From: Mantamonas sphyraenae STR306
Taxonomy: Eukaryota; Protista; CRuMs
Length of the DNA stretch: 64,000 bases
NCBI GenBank assembly: GCA_026936335.1
Contig: JAPMXV010000068.1
Coordinates: 186,001 to 250,000, forward strand
Direction of reading: 5' to 3'
Shown here: positions 34,801-49,213 of the stretch, in pieces
How the letters are laid out: every line of letters starts with the position of its first letter
Numbering within the stretch: the stretch's first letter is position 1
Notes under the pieces: model-generated
What the model saw: the letters and a program-made list of their open reading frames with translations, nothing else
The model's database searches: none
Told to the model about the DNA's origin: nothing
Position numbers and translations under genes: made by a program

Positions 34801-37473
34801 CATGTGGACAAACTGGGCAAGGATGGGCGCAAGTCGGTCGCTGGCCAGCTGAAGGCAGCCAAGGAGATGATCGTACGGGAACAAGGACAGGCACTGCGTG
34901 TTTTGAAGGTGGTGTTCATGGTGAATGCACTGAAGACGAAGAACACAGAATCTGTGTTTGACAAGCTGGTGGAGATCAGCAAGGAGGTGGTGGATCGGCA
35001 GGTACCCGAAGCGCAGGGGAGACTGCTGGAGGAGATCCGCGCACTCAAGACAGTGATGGGTGGGCAGCTGCGGGAACAACCATGGATGGAATATGGAGAG
35101 TTGAGGAGGATGATGGAGGAGAGGCAGGACGAGGAGTTGCTGGGGCTGTTGAGTGGGCCAGGGGACAGCTGGTGGTTCTTTGACGTGGCGCTGGAGGCAC
35201 TGCACCACCTGCAGGAGGTGACATGGCACAGAGAGGGGGCAGTGGACATTGTGATACTGGAACCGAAGTGGCTGGTGGGCGTGGCTGGTGGTTTCATGTG
35301 GACTGGGGACGCGAGTGATCTGGTGCCCACTCAGGCGACGATTTCGCTGCGGACACCGATCGAGGAGGAGGATGATGGAGACGAGGATGAATCTTGTGTG
35401 GTGTTTTGCATGTACGAGGATGATGACGATGAGATTGACGAGGAGACCACCAGTGATGTGATGAGCATTGCTGCGTTGCTGCGGTGTGTGATGGGTTGTC
35501 TGAAGGAGGAACAGGAAAAAGAAGGGTGTGTGAGCATGGAGAGCGCGTGTTGGCACGCTGTGTTCGTGCACAAGGTGGAGAGTGCGCTCATCGGAGCAAG
35601 CGAGGACGAGGAACTGGACCTGCGGAGGAATCTGGAGGCTGCGCTCGCACAGCACGAGGACGGAGAAGACCACGAAAAGGTGGTAGAGCGACTGCTGAAG
35701 GCACTGGGGGTGGTCGTGGAAGATGAGAAGGATGATCTGGTGGAAACGGGCCGGATGCTGGTGCAGCTTCTGCAGGACATGGATCTGTGCTTCCCTGATG
35801 AGGAGTGGACGACACCAGAGGGGACATACAAGGAGACAGGCGATGGAAAGGTGGATCTTGATCTGACAGTCAAGGCACCGCGGCTGATGTTTCCGATCAT
35901 GCTGGACAACGAACAGCTCAGCCAGGAGCGGGTTGACGAGCTTATGGGAGGCAGGAATCGGCGCATTGGTCGACGATACACGTGGGGCGGCGACATGAAG
36001 AAGAGCCAACGGGGCAAGCGATTGCCAGCAGGGCTGTTCCATCGTGTGCAAGTGCGCATGCGGCAGGCCTTCAGTGGATTTCTCCAAGACACGCAGCACC
36101 ACCGTGAATGGTGCTGGATACAACCGTTGGTGCGAATTGGAGAAGACGATGACAGCCTACCGATGGTGCTGCTGCATCACCGTGCACTGAGTGGCGTGCT
36201 GGATGTGGTCGTGGCTGTGAACCACAAGCGCGAAGACCAGTCGCGGATGGGAGAAGTGATGGATGTAATTGACAAGCACATCCGATCACTGCTGGGGTTC
36301 CACGAGGAGAACGAGAGTGATGTGCGACTTCGATCACTCCCGGGCTTCCGACGTCACAAACGACGTCACGCAGCAGAGGTTCGACACAGGGAGGCGGCGT
36401 TTGCAGGCATGCGAGACGGGTGGACAAGCTGGCCACTGTGTCCAGAGTGTCTGGAGAGCGACCGCATGACTGCACTGTTGCAGACAGAGACATGGGTGGA
36501 GCTGGAGGAGACGGAAGGCGTTCGACACGGTTTGAGTCACTACGGAACATGGAACGAGCTGCAGAAGCGACGTCCGGACTCCTATGCACTGCAGTGTAAG
36601 GGGGGGAGCACAATCACCGTAGTTTATGTACTTTCTGGCCTCCCATCGACCACATCGACCCTGGCGCAGATGACGGAGATTGGCCGCAGGCGACACAGTG
36701 AGCTCGTGGGGCTGCTGCATGATATTCGGAAGAAGCAGGACATCGCAGCCAGGGAACTAGCGCTGGAGACCACCAACAGCAGCACAACCGCCAACGATGC
36801 GAAGAAGATGCACGTGCTGATGCTCGGTTGTGTCGAGTCTGGATATGAGAAGCTGGGGACCATCGACGAGTTTGAACGGGTCATGCACCAGCTGGGTCAA
36901 GACAGCACACTGCAACTGCACACCGAGTCACGCCTGAACATGAGTGTTGACCACGTGCAGGGCACCCTGGAGGTCGTGCGTGCAGAAGTCGTCCATGTGA
37001 TGACACATGGCACAGAACGTGGACTCCTGGCCAAGGATGGACGCGTCGTCACACGCACGCTCCTCATGCAGCTCACACAGCGCACACGCCCCAGTGCCCT
37101 CTGTGTGCTCAATGCATGTCGCACCGCGTCCCTGGCAAGCGACCTGGTCGCCGAGGGGCACTTTCACGCAGCCATCGGCTACCTTGGCAACGTGGACGAC
37201 GATGAAGCCATTGCGTTTGCAGAGAAGCAAAACACACGACTCGGCAACGGACAAGGACGATCGCTGGGCAACTGCTTCACACTGGCCAGCGCGGTCATCA
37301 CAAGAACCCAGGTGCGCCTGTTCACCTCGTTCGCAGAGCTGGCGGACCTGCAACTCACCTATCTCCGCAACACCTGGATCCACACCCCGCAACGACGCCA
37401 CGTCCACGTCACCCAAGGCACTGGACCCCGCACCATGGCCACCCGCTTCACCACCGTCACTGTCCTCAAGTAA
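31808..37473 (+). CDS. LRR-Roc-COR-CHAT copy 3; exon 1 31808-32011, exon 2 32104-37473
   Basis: Same Roc and CHAT motifs; in-frame splice verified by eye. Confidence 0.87.
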
Positions 37474-37759
37474 ACCTTCCTACCACCTCCATCCAGCATC
37501 CCCTCATTCCCCTCCAACCCCGCCGCCAACCCCACCGCCCCTTGTCTTCGATCCCCTTGATCGACAGCCCCTCCACACGCAGACTCCTGTTCACCTTCCA
37601 GCGCCTCCACCCTGTGGTCTCCGATCTCGTCCCCCCACAACACCAGCCGCACCACCGCCCTGCACACACCAGCCACCATGACCCTCCCCTCCACCCTCAC
37701 CTGTGGTCGCCGTCTATCACAGGCCGGTCTGTTTTCGTCATCTCCCAACGTTGACAAGA

Positions 37760-38863
37760 ATGACTACGAGCGTGTCCACGTGCACATCTCCGACGTCTTC
37801 CAACGAACACGAGCGCGCTTCGTGGCCCGAGGCCGCGTTCGCATTCGGCCAAGCCGTCGCTAGCGTAAGTGCACGGGAAGGAACACTCCACCGATCGCCG
37901 AACGGCACCCACTGCCGGCACAGCGTGCAGTGGAGCCAGGGTGCAGCAGATGGACCCCCCCACACGCTCCATGCGTGCACAGGAAGCCACAAGACGCCCT
38001 TCCCCTGGATCGGAATCCGTGGAAAACCCTCTTCCTGCTGCCGGATTATTGCGCTGGGAGCATTGGCATGTCCACTCACACACAACCGCGGGCAACACAG
38101 GCTGGTGCGTCCTCCTCGTCTGCCAACGACGACGAGGATGACGACGAAGACGACGATGACGACGACTTTGACGTCTTTGGCGAGGACGAGGACGCCGCCG
38201 CGGCCCTCGAGGCGGAGAAGAAGGACAAGAAGAAGCCCAAGGCCCCTGTGATTGGCAAGTCTTCGGGTAAGTGGAGATGGAGAGAGGAGGTGAAAGAGGG
38301 CGTGCGAGGGCGTGCATGGTTTGCATGGGATGCATGTGGCCTGGCCTGAGGTAGAGCAAGGGGTGTTTGTGATGCATGCAGATTTTGTGCGGTGGATTTT
38401 CTGCCCGCAATGGCCCGGATTCCCCCGCCCGGCCGAATGACCCCCTGAAACTCCGCCAAAATGCGATTTGGGACATCGACCAAAAAACCAGAGCCAGCGC
38501 AGCTGGCAGTGTGCATGCTCATGCCCACGCATTTGGCCATACAACGCTCACACCAATCCTCGCCCCCGCCCACTCCCCCGTCCCCCCCTCACCCCTTTCA
38601 CCACAGTCATCTTCTTTGTCAAGCCGTGGGATGACACCACCGACATGAAGGCCATGGAGGCCGGCGTGCGCGCCATCACCATGGACGGATTGACCTGGTC
38701 CGAGAAATCCGAGCTCGTCGGAATCGGCTACGGCATTTCCAAGCTCCAGATCGGCTGTACCGTCGTAGATGACCTTGTTTCCGTTGATGATCTTGAAGAT
38801 GCGATCCGTGAGCTTGAGGATTACGTGCAGAGCGTTGACATTGCGTCCTTTAACAAGCTTTAG
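37760..38863 (+). CDS. N-terminally truncated EF1-beta paralog, second copy
   Basis: The ATG at 37760 is in frame to the donor at 37865; exon 2 starts at 38101; exon 3 ends at TAG 38863. Confidence 0.65.
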
Positions 38864-39337
38864 CGTGTAGGGGGGAACCTATGATCAAAAGTTCAACACT
38901 GGCAAGAGCCCCGGACCAGCCAATGAACACCCTCTGCTTCAACGCGGTCACTTCAACCACCTCTCTCTCTCTCTCTCTCTCCTCTCTCTCTGTCATTCTC
39001 CCGTTTCGAGACCGTCCGCGGGCTCATCGCTCACCTTGGATTTTTCTGCGTCCATCCCAAACGCCCCTTCCATCGTTCTCACACCTCACCTTGGCCGTCC
39101 CTCCCACACACACAATCCACTCCCCTATTCCATGTGTACCCGTTCCCTCTTCACCTGCACTTCCGCCCGAGATCCCGGCCCAAGACCACTCCGTACCAGC
39201 TCTCCTACCTTTGCTTCTTCCTTCCTCCCCCCTCGGCATCTCCCTTCCGAGGGTGTGACCTCTACTTCCCTGTGACGGGTATCATCCCAACGGCGTCGGG
39301 TGGCATTTTGCACAGTTCCCCGGGCGTGGCCCCTCGA

Positions 39338-39810
39338 TCACAACCACCACCCAGACCACCTCCATCCCCTCACCGGCACCCATGGCTACTGGAATCACAC
39401 CAGCCACCGCCACCTTCCCCTCCACCCTCACCTCCGGTGTCTCCCAAACTGACCCCGTGCCGCACTTCTGCAACCCCAAAACCGTTCTGTAACCGGGGTG
39501 CTTCAACCACAACCACCACCCAGACCACCTCCATCCCTCCATCTGCACCCGTGGCTACTGGAATCACACCAGCCATCGTCACCTTCCCCTCCACCCTCAC
39601 CTCCGGTGTCTCCCACACTGACCCCGTGCCGCACTCCTGCAGCCCCAAAACCGTTCTGTAACCGAGGTGCTTCAACCACAACCACCACTCAAACCATCTC
39701 CATCCCTGCACCAGCACCCGTGGCTACTGGAATCACACCAGCCATCGTCACCTCCCCCTCCACCCTCACCTCCGGTGTCTCCCAAACTGACCCCGGGCCG
39801 CACTCCTGCA
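39338..39810. repeat. ~168-bp tandem repeat, ~3 copies
   Basis: Same unit as at 20.0-20.8 kb. Confidence 0.88.
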
Positions 39811-39976
39811 CAAACCCACCCGTGTTCTCGCAAACGGTTCCTCAATCACATCTAAACACCACCTCTTCATCTCACGACTGCTCTCGCAGGCGCAGCATAC
39901 GTCTTGATCTTAACATCATCATTCAATCTCAGTCATCTCCCGCCTCCCAACCCCCTTCCATCTCACCGCCCACACA

Positions 39977-40430
39977 CATGCACCCACGACACGTGACCTC
40001 TACGATGGGTACCGAGTCTACCTTGCGCAAGCGCACTGACTCGGAAGCCGACTTGAACGGCGACAGCGGCGCCGTTGAACCAAGCGCGCAAACGGCACCG
40101 CGGCCGCTCCGCCCAACCGGCGTCCACAACCACACCAGCAGAGAATGATGTTGCTGTGGGGTGTGAGAGTTCACTGTATGTCGCCAGTGACCCATGCACA
40201 GCGACGGGACCGCACACCCCACGCCGTCAACAGTGAACCGCCGCAGCCGCACGGGAACCCGGCTGACACAGCGCGTAAAGACGCAAATGACGAACGACTC
40301 GGGATGAGTGACCGTTCCTTGCTGGAGCAGATCCCTGTCGAGGCGTGGGCGCGCGTTGTCCCGTTCATGGACGAGGACACTGCTGGCAAGTTCTTGTCGT
40401 CCTCCGCGCACCTACGGCGTTGTCGTTGGT
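39977..40430 (+). pseudogene. Degenerate F-box-like gene paralog
   Basis: MHPRHVTSTMGTESTLRKRTDSEADLNGDSGAV and MSDRSLLEQIPVEAWARV in different frames. Confidence 0.6.
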
Positions 40431-42599
40431 CCTCTCTGCCCCGAAACACAGCACAACCCTTCCAATACAAAACAGGACCCCAGGTGCGCGTTGCATCCTG
40501 CACCGTGGCATTCCCCTCCACCCTCACCTCCGGCAGTGGGGTGTTGCAAGTGATCGGGTGAAACAACCGCTCCTTGGCTTGCCCAGAGACACAACGCGTG
40601 CATGCGACGGTGACCATGGGCCAGTATGGCTCCCAGGGATGGCCTGAGGAGGTTGTGTGATGCTGTTACGTGGCTGTGCGGCCCGCAGGGACGAGGTCAT
40701 CGGTTGCCGATGCCTACGGGGCGCCACACGGTGCATTGGCCGTCTGTACAGAAGGAGGACGACGGCGGGGGGTTGGACCAGGATCACACATTGTGCTGGG
40801 ATGGGCATCCGAAGGGTTTCCACACACGCACGTGCATGGAGAGGCGGTTGAGTTGGTTCGGCTCGCTGCTTCCATCTTCCAACCCCTTCCCACAGCCACA
40901 GCGTCCTCTGATGTGTGATCTACCACCAATCAGGCACTGTAAATGGTCCAAAGAGGCCTTCCGTGTGCTTGGATCAAACCGTGAATGGCTGTGGATGGAA
41001 TCCGCAGTTTTGTGCAACGAAAACGCAGTTTGTGGCCACCAAAATGCAGTTCTGGGGGCGTTTTGCGACACCAAACTGCCATTTCGCCCTCTACCCTGCT
41101 ACACCACCCTATCCTCACATCAGACACCACCAACGCCTCGCTCTACATCCGCGCCACCCACACACGTGAACACATCTTCTTCACATGCGTCGCTCGCCGC
41201 CACAGCCGCAACGCTTCACTGGCCACCGTCCTTACCGAAGCAGCCCACGCCAAAGCAACGCTGGTACCTCTGCCTCCGCTCCATCTTTCTCACCGACGAC
41301 GAGATCGCTTCAGGATCACCCATGCCGGAAGGCCGCCAAGTTTGCCTTTGCTCTTGGAAAGCACATGGCCGACAAAGCTGTGCGGCTGGACGTGACGGGG
41401 CCTGCGTTGTTTTCCAAGGTCAGACCGACGAGCACTCTGCAGCGGGATGCGGCCACTTGGCAAGCAGGTGCTCTGGAGCACATTGCAAGGGTCTACGAGG
41501 AGCTGTACCGGGGCAAGGACCTGGGCGACGACGGCATGGGCAGCCGCTCTCGCGTTTGACACCGTGGATTGTGAACGCAGCGTCCAAATCAGCCGCTCCC
41601 CTACGAGCCCACATGTCACTTTACCCACACCGCCGCCGGGGAGTCCGAGCGATCACAAACACTGGCCTACGCGGAGGAGGAGGGGGAGGAGTCGACGAGG
41701 CACACTTCGCAAAGGCTGATCGTGCAACAGCTGACCTTCTCAATGTGTTCGAGGCTTGCCGTGCACACAGAAGCGCAGGAGATCAATGAGCTCGCAGAGC
41801 CGACCGTTCTGTCCAACCCCACGGCGGCAGTAACCCTTCACCGCGTTCGAGCATAGAGCAACCCGATCGAGCACTCGACACGACGTCCACTTCCCTCGTG
41901 GACGCCGCTGCTTCTCTGTCTGCGGACAAAGGTGGACTGATCACAGTGTGGGCGTGGATAGAGAGCATCGTGAACGGCTTCAGTCAAAAGGTACGGCGTG
42001 CCTCCACGGCGTTCGATGATGCGCAGAGAGAGTTGCAGGATGTGCAGCGTGACCTGGAAGCAGCAGAAACGCTTGGTGGCACACAGTGCGACACCCTGCT
42101 GCGGGTATGCTTACGCGCGAGCAACAGGGAGAAGGGCACATGAATGAATAGAACGGATTCTGCGCGATCCATCCCGAAACGAGACTCCTCTCAAGGACAC
42201 ATTCACCAGCCGTGCCTGTTGTGGACGGGCGCACTCACATGACGTCAGTTTGCTGGCGTTGCGTGCACAGCCTCTCGTGTGCGCAGGCACAATCCCCATC
42301 CACCGTCAAGCGCCCCGTCGGCCACCCACCTGCCGCCTGGATCCGTACCACACTGAGCAGTTCCCGAGAGTGTGTCGCGCAAATGCATCACAACCGTGCT
42401 GGCCACGTCAGTGGTCATGTGGTTGCTGCGCCGCCGATGGCCCAAGCTGCGGCAGGTGCCCACAACAGCGCAGGAGGAGGACACCACACACACACAAAGC
42501 ACAGCTCGCCACACAAGCGAGGAACAGGGAGGAGGAGGTGCCATGGAGCAGCAGCAGGCACAACAACAGCAGGTGGTGGAGGTCGGCCAGCATCCACAT

Positions 42600-43177
42600 C
42601 CACCGTTTCCACAACCTCCTTCCCCTCCAACCCCACCGCCCCTTTGTCCTCGATCCCGTTGATACACAGCCCCACCACACGCAGACTCCTGTTCACTCCC
42701 AGTGCCATGCCCAGCGTCTGCGTCCCCCTTCGTCCCCGACGCTGTTCTTCCCCACGTCCAGCTCCTCCAGCTCCCATTCACTTCCAGCCCCGTCATCTTA
42801 GATCTCATTCCGCCACAACACCAGCCGCACCATCGCACCCGTTCTCCTGCAACATCTGCCCCAACACCGCCTCCCGCTCAACACGACCCACTTTCCCCTC
42901 ATGTCCAGTCTCCCCAGCCTGCTGTTCCTTGCCAGCCCTTCTGCCAATGCACACGCCCCTTCTGCCCGATCCTGTTCCTCAACAGGCCCATCCCCGCAGC
43001 ATCGTGTTGCTCACCAACGCCGCCCCGCCGTCCCCGTCCTCGTTGTAGCTCATGCTCAGCTTCACCACACTCCCATCCTCCCCAGCGCCTTGCACAGGCG
43101 GATGGCCTGCGCGTCGTCCACCTGCAGCCCACCAGCATCACCTTGTCGTCCTCGTCGCACTCCAGTAGCTCCATGGG
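42600..43177 (-). pseudogene. Degenerate RNI-like LRR gene, head-to-head with ROCO copy 4
   Basis: Same fragments as the other three copies. Confidence 0.6.
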
Positions 43178-43219
43178 TCGGCCAGCAGGTGCAATGCGCG
43201 TGGGCGGGCAAGAGAATAC

Positions 43220-46200
43220 ATGGACGTGGAAGGGGGACACAACGAGCAAGGACTGGAGATGGTGGTGGAGGTGGAGGTTGAGGACGAGCAAGGGGAGAGC
43301 AGCGCGGGAGGGGAGATCGACACAAGCGAGACGTCACACGCGGTAGAGGGGGAAGATGCTGGCACTGGGAATCTACTGGCTGATATGGAGCGATGGGGTG
43401 GCTACGAAGACATGGTACGTTGTGTGGGGTCCAGGGACGTGTGCCGAGCCCAGGAACGGAGTGATGATCACACAGCTGACACACTTTTCCTGTTCACGGT
43501 GCGCAGAGTTGGGTGTGGGGTAAGCTGAAGGAGCCGTACGAACAACTGCGTCAACTGCTGCTGGAAGAGAACTCCAGTGATGAGAAAGTCGAGCAGGCAC
43601 TGGATGAGGCACTGCGTTGGCGGTACACGGAATGGCCACTTTTTCTGAACCTCCTGCGACTGCCAGCGGACCCAGAGAAGCGAGGGATGGTGCGCAGTCG
43701 GCTGTTGCATGTGTTGGAAGCCACCAACTCAATCGACGTGGTTGGGTTCTACGGGCCTGTGGTGCTGGAGGACATCACAGCGTCGGCCGAGCTGCTACAG
43801 GCCAGCTCGACCATCACAAAGGTCGTCTTCGACTGCGTCTACTTCGAAGAGGATGTGCAGAGGTCACAGCAAGCACTCGTTGGGATGCTGGCTTCCGGGA
43901 ATGTCACAGAGGTCAAGATGACGTGGTTGAACGAGGATCCGCGGCCAGAGGAAGTACAGGAACGATCTGACGCAGTCATTCTGCAGGCCATTGGGCATGC
44001 TCTGGACAAAGAATGTCCCCTCGAGTGTATCACCATCGACGCATGCGTTTCACAGGATGCTGGGCGTTGTCTGGGGAGAGCGTTGGTCAGGAACACCACT
44101 CTGAAGGACTTCCGGCTCACGTTGCGTTCTGGAGATGTCTCTGATCTGTTGATGGGTGTTTCACAGTGCTCTGCAATCGAGACGCTGCGTTTGACCGTCC
44201 ATGGCCACGTGGACGGTTTGGGCAGCTTGGACATGGGCACATTGTCACTGAAGGAAGTGGACATCTATCTAGGTGGGGAAAGCTTCGAAGAACTTGATGA
44301 TGAATGGCTGACAAATGGCTTCGGAGCTTCACTGGAGAAACTGAAACTGCGCGATTCCCGTCAATTTCGCACAGCGGCTGTGCTCACGCACTGCAAAGAG
44401 AAGTGTTCCTCGTTGATGGAAATGAGCTTCACAGGCGTTGGCTTCCGTGACAAGAATGTTACAGAACTTGCAGAGGCAATCCGTGCCATGGAAAGCCTTG
44501 AGCGACTGGAAGTCAGTACAACCAAGCTTGGAGACGCAGAGATCACAGCACTTTCAGACGGGCTGACGGATTGCACGCAACTCATTGTGTTGAACCTCCC
44601 CGGAAATAGATTCGGTGCAGCTGGGTTGACAGCGCTGGTGTCTGCCATTCGCCATCTCCCCCGCCTGGAGGAGCTGAATGTGGCAGGCAACCGCATCGAT
44701 GATGTCCACGGCACTGGACTGGCAGAGCTTGCGCCGAAACTGCTGAAACTGCATGTCAGCAACAACGGGCTGGCTGTGGAGAACGCCATCTCATTGCTGA
44801 AAGCCATGACGAAGCAGGGCTGTCGAACCACTGAGTTGGACCTCACGGGTCAGGGGTGGAACGAAGCTGCATCGAAGAAGCTGGGAGACTCCCTTGCAGA
44901 GTTGCTTCCACAGATATCCTCGTTGAAAACGCTGGGAGTGAAAGCGGGCTCGCATGCCCTGGCAGAGTGGTTTCTGGAGAACCAGACACAAATCTCGCTA
45001 CATCCGGCATACTCCAGGGTCGAATGGGTGGAACTCTGTTCCATTCTGTCCAGCTGGGACCACGCCAGTCCGCTGTCGGTGCCATCTGGCATGTGGGAAA
45101 CAGACGAGTGGCTTTCCTCGCATCTCCATCGCTCCGACAGCGCCCTGACAGAGATCGAGTTCAATGGCCAGCATCTATTCCGCGGCATGGGCACTCTCAA
45201 GTGCACTTCTCGTTGGCCATTGCTCTGTATCTACGAGCTGTGCCAGGATGTCACCACGCTTGTGGTCGAGAAACGCCAGGAACAGGCAGCACTCCAAGCT
45301 CTGTTTGGCTGCCAGCAAGTGTCCACTTTGCAATGGACAACATGGGATGGCAAAGACATCCAACAGCCAGACACCCAGATGGCCAAGCTCGTCGCCTCCT
45401 GCGCGGGAGACAACCTACTATCGCGCCACATCCTGCGCTTCCGCACCAGTGAGCAATTGAGGGATGCACTCACACAGCTGCATGAGCAGCAGCCTGACCT
45501 GTGGGGTCTGAAGCTCGTCCAGACAGAGCTGTGGCACCCCGACCAGGTGACCGAGCTGCCAGAGGCGATTGGCCTGTTCACATCCCTCGTGTGTCTCGAT
45601 CTGGACCACACCCGTCTCCGCAAGCTCCCTGGCGCGTTTGGAAAGCTGTCGCAACTGCAAGCGCTCATCCTCAGCCGTGCAGGGGATGGTTTCGTCAACG
45701 TGCCACGGTTTGTGAGTGAGCAAGGGCTGCAAGAAGTGGTGCAGTACATGTCACAGGCGTTTGCGTCGTCATGGCCCCATGCCAACTGGATGGTGGTTGG
45801 CCATGGCGGGAGTGGCAAGACGACGCTGCTGAAGAGCATGCGGGGCATGGCGAGTGGAGGTGAGCGCACCGCAGAGGAGGGACGCACGGAGCCAGCCACG
45901 CATGGGATGGAGGTGAGTGTGCTGGACGTGGATGGGGTTGGCGAGGTGCGCATCAGCGACTACGGCGGCCAGATGGAGTACTACGTGATGCACCAGAACA
46001 TGATGATGGGCCAGAGCGGCGTGTATGTGATTGTGGCGTCGGCAGCACAGCTTGTGGAAGGCAGCAAGCACGAGTACGAGGCAAAGCGGGCAGTGGACTG
46101 GCAGGGCGAGATGGCGTACTGGGCTGATGTGATTGCGTCGAAAGTGGGCCAGGAAAGGCTGTTGGAGGAGGAGAAGCCACGGGTGGTGCTGGTACTGACC

Positions 46201-48918
46201 CATGTGGACAAACTGGGGAAGGATGGGCGCAAGTCGGTCGTTGGCCAGCTGAAGGATGCCATGAAGATGATCGTACGGGAACAAGGACAGGCATTGCGTG
46301 TTCTGAAGGCGTTTGTGGTGGATGCACGGGAACCGGAGAGCACAAAATCTGTGTTTATCGACCTGGTGGAGATCAGCAAGGAGGTGGTGGATCGGCAAGT
46401 ACCCGAACCGCAGGGGAGACTGCTGGAGGAGATCCGTGCACTCAAGACAGCGTTGGGTGGGCACCTACGAGAACAGCCATGGATGGAGTACGGTGAGTTG
46501 AGGAGGATGATGGAGGAGAGGCGGGACGAGGAGTTGCTGGGGCTGTTGAGTGGGCCAGGGGACAGCTGGTGGTTCTTTGACGTGGCGCTGGAGGCACTGC
46601 ACCACCTGCAGGAAGTGACATGGCACAGAGAGGGGGCAGTGGACATTGTGATACTGGAACCGAAGTGGCTGGTGGGCGTGGCTGGTGGTTTCATGTGGAG
46701 TGGGGACACGAGTGATCTGGTGCCCACTCAGGCGACGATTGCGCTGCCGGCACCCATCAAGGAGGTGGATGATGAAGAGGAGGATGATGAATTTTGTGTT
46801 GTCGTTTGCATGCCCAAGGATGATGAGGATGTGATTGATGAAGAGACCACCAGTGATGTGATGACCGTAGCTGGGTTGCTGCGTCTCGTGATGGGGTGTC
46901 TGAAGGAGGAGCAGGAGAAAGAAGGGTGTGTGAACATGGAAAGCGCGTGTTGGCACGCTGTGTTTGTGCACAAGGTGGAGAGTGCGCTCATCGGAGCAAG
47001 CGAGGACGAGGAACTGGACCTGCGGAGGAATCTGGAGGCTGCGCTCGCACAGCACGAGCACGGTGAAGACCACGAGAAGGTGGTAGAGCGACTGCTGGGG
47101 GCACTGGGAGTGGTCGTGGAGGATGAGAAGGATGATCTGATGGAAACGGGCCGGATGCTGGTGCAGCTTCTGCAGGACATGGATCTGTGCTTCCCTGACG
47201 AGGAGTGGATGACACCAGAGGGGACATACAAGGAGACAGGCGATGGAAAGGTAGATCTTGATCTGACAGTCACGGCACCACGGCTGGTGTTTCCAATCAT
47301 GCTGGACAACAAAGAGTTCAACCAGGAGCGGGTTGACGACCTCATGGGTGGCAGGGCCAGGCGTATTGGGCGACGGTACACGTGGGGAGGAGACATGAAG
47401 AAGAGCCAACGGGGGAAGCGATTGCCAGCTGGGCTGTTCCATCGTGTGCAAGTGCGCTTGCGGCAGGCCTTCAGCGGATTTCTTCAAGACACGCAGCACC
47501 ACCGTGAATGGTGCTGGATTCAACCGTTGATGCGAATTGGAGAAGAGGATGACAGCCTACCGATGGTGCTGCTGCATCATCGTACATCGAGTGGCGTGCT
47601 GGATGTGGTCGTGGCTGTGAACCACGAGCGCGACGACCAGTCGCGGATGGGAGAGGTGATGGGTGTGATCGACAAGCACATCCGATCACTGCTGGGCTTC
47701 CAAGAGGGGAACGAGAGCGATGTGCGACACCGGGAGGCGGCGTTTGCAGGCATGCGAGACGGGTGGACAAGCTGGCCACTGTGTCCAGAGTGTCTGGAGA
47801 GCGAACGCATGACCACACTGTTGCAGACAGAGACATGGGTGGAGCTGGAGGAGACGGAAGGCGTACAACACGGTTTGAGTCACTACGGAACGTGGAACGT
47901 GCTGCAGAAGCGACAACCGGGCTCCCATGCACTGCTCTGCGAGCGGGGGAGCGCAATCACCGTAGAGTATGTTCTTTCTGGCCTCCCATCGACCACATCG
48001 ACCCTGGCGCAGATGATGGAGATTGGCCGCAGGCGACACAGTGAGCTCGTGGGGTTGCTGCATGATGTTCTTGAGAAGCAGGACATCGCAGCCAGGGAAC
48101 AAGCGCTGGAGACCATCTTCAGCAGCAGCACCTTCAATGATGTAACAAAGATGCAGGTGCTGATGCTCGGATGTGCCGAGTCCGGAAATGTGAAGCTGGG
48201 GACCATCGACGAGTTTGAACGGGTCATGCGCCAGCTGGGTCAAGACAGCAAACTGCAACTGCACACCGAGTCACGCCTGAACATGAGTGTTGACCACGTG
48301 CAGGGCACCCTGGAGGTCGTGCATGCAGATGTCGTCCATGTGATGACACATGGCTCAGAACGTGGACTCCTGGCCAAGGATGGACGCCTTGTCACACGCA
48401 CGCTCCTCATGCAGCTCACACAGCGCACATGCCCCAGTGCCCTCTGTGTGCTCAATGCATGTCGCACTGCGTCCCTGGCAAGCGACCTGGTCGCCGAGGG
48501 ACACTTCCTCGCAGCCATCGGCTACCTTGGCAACGTGGACGACGATGAAGCCATTGCATTTTCAGAGAAGCTATACACACTACTCGGCAACGGAAAAGGA
48601 CGACCACTGGGCAACTGCTTCACACTGGCCAGCGCGGTCATCAAAAGCACCCAGGTGCGCCTCTTCACCTCCTCCGCGGGGCTGGCGGACAAGCAACTCA
48701 CCAAACTCCGCAACAGACGGATCCGTACACCGCAACGACGCCACGTGCACGTCACCCAAGGCACTGGACCCCGCACCATGGCCACCCGCTTCACCACCGT
48801 CACTTTCCTCAAGTCCAGTCCCACAACGCAATCATCAACTGGCAAGAGGCCTCTGGACACTGTGGACAACCCAATGTCCACTCCCGACCACAAACGACAA
48901 ATGGTGAGCAAAAAATGA
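43220..48918 (+). CDS. LRR-Roc-COR-CHAT copy 4; exon 1 43220-43414, exon 2 43507-48918
   Basis: Same Roc and CHAT motifs; in-frame splice verified by eye. Confidence 0.87.
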
Positions 48919-49213
48919 GCAATTGAACCTCCACACTTCCCATTCGCCAGACACACTGGACCCTTTGCATTAGCTTTGGGGTGCATCTCCCACGCTCCCC
49001 ATTCCCACAGCGCAACTCAATTCGCACGCCGCCCGAAACTGTTTTTCTCCACCACTCCCACCCACGCCCACACGTGGACCCCCGCACTAGCCGACGACCC
49101 CCATTCCCCAGGACATCCAATCAACACGCAACCCATCCTCCTCCGCCTCTGCCAACTCTTCCCACTTTTCTCCCCACTTTTCTCCCCACCCCACTCCCCA
49201 CCCCTCCCCACCC

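Larger units (their letters stand above)
11870..48810. repeat. Tandem segmental duplication with a ~19.3-kb unit (LRR remnant-ROCO-EF1B fragment-168-bp array-F-box remnant-spacer-LRR remnant-ROCO)
   Basis: The offsets are 31808-12475=19333 and 38863-19539=19324. The intervening sequence is colinear and highly similar. Confidence 0.9.
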
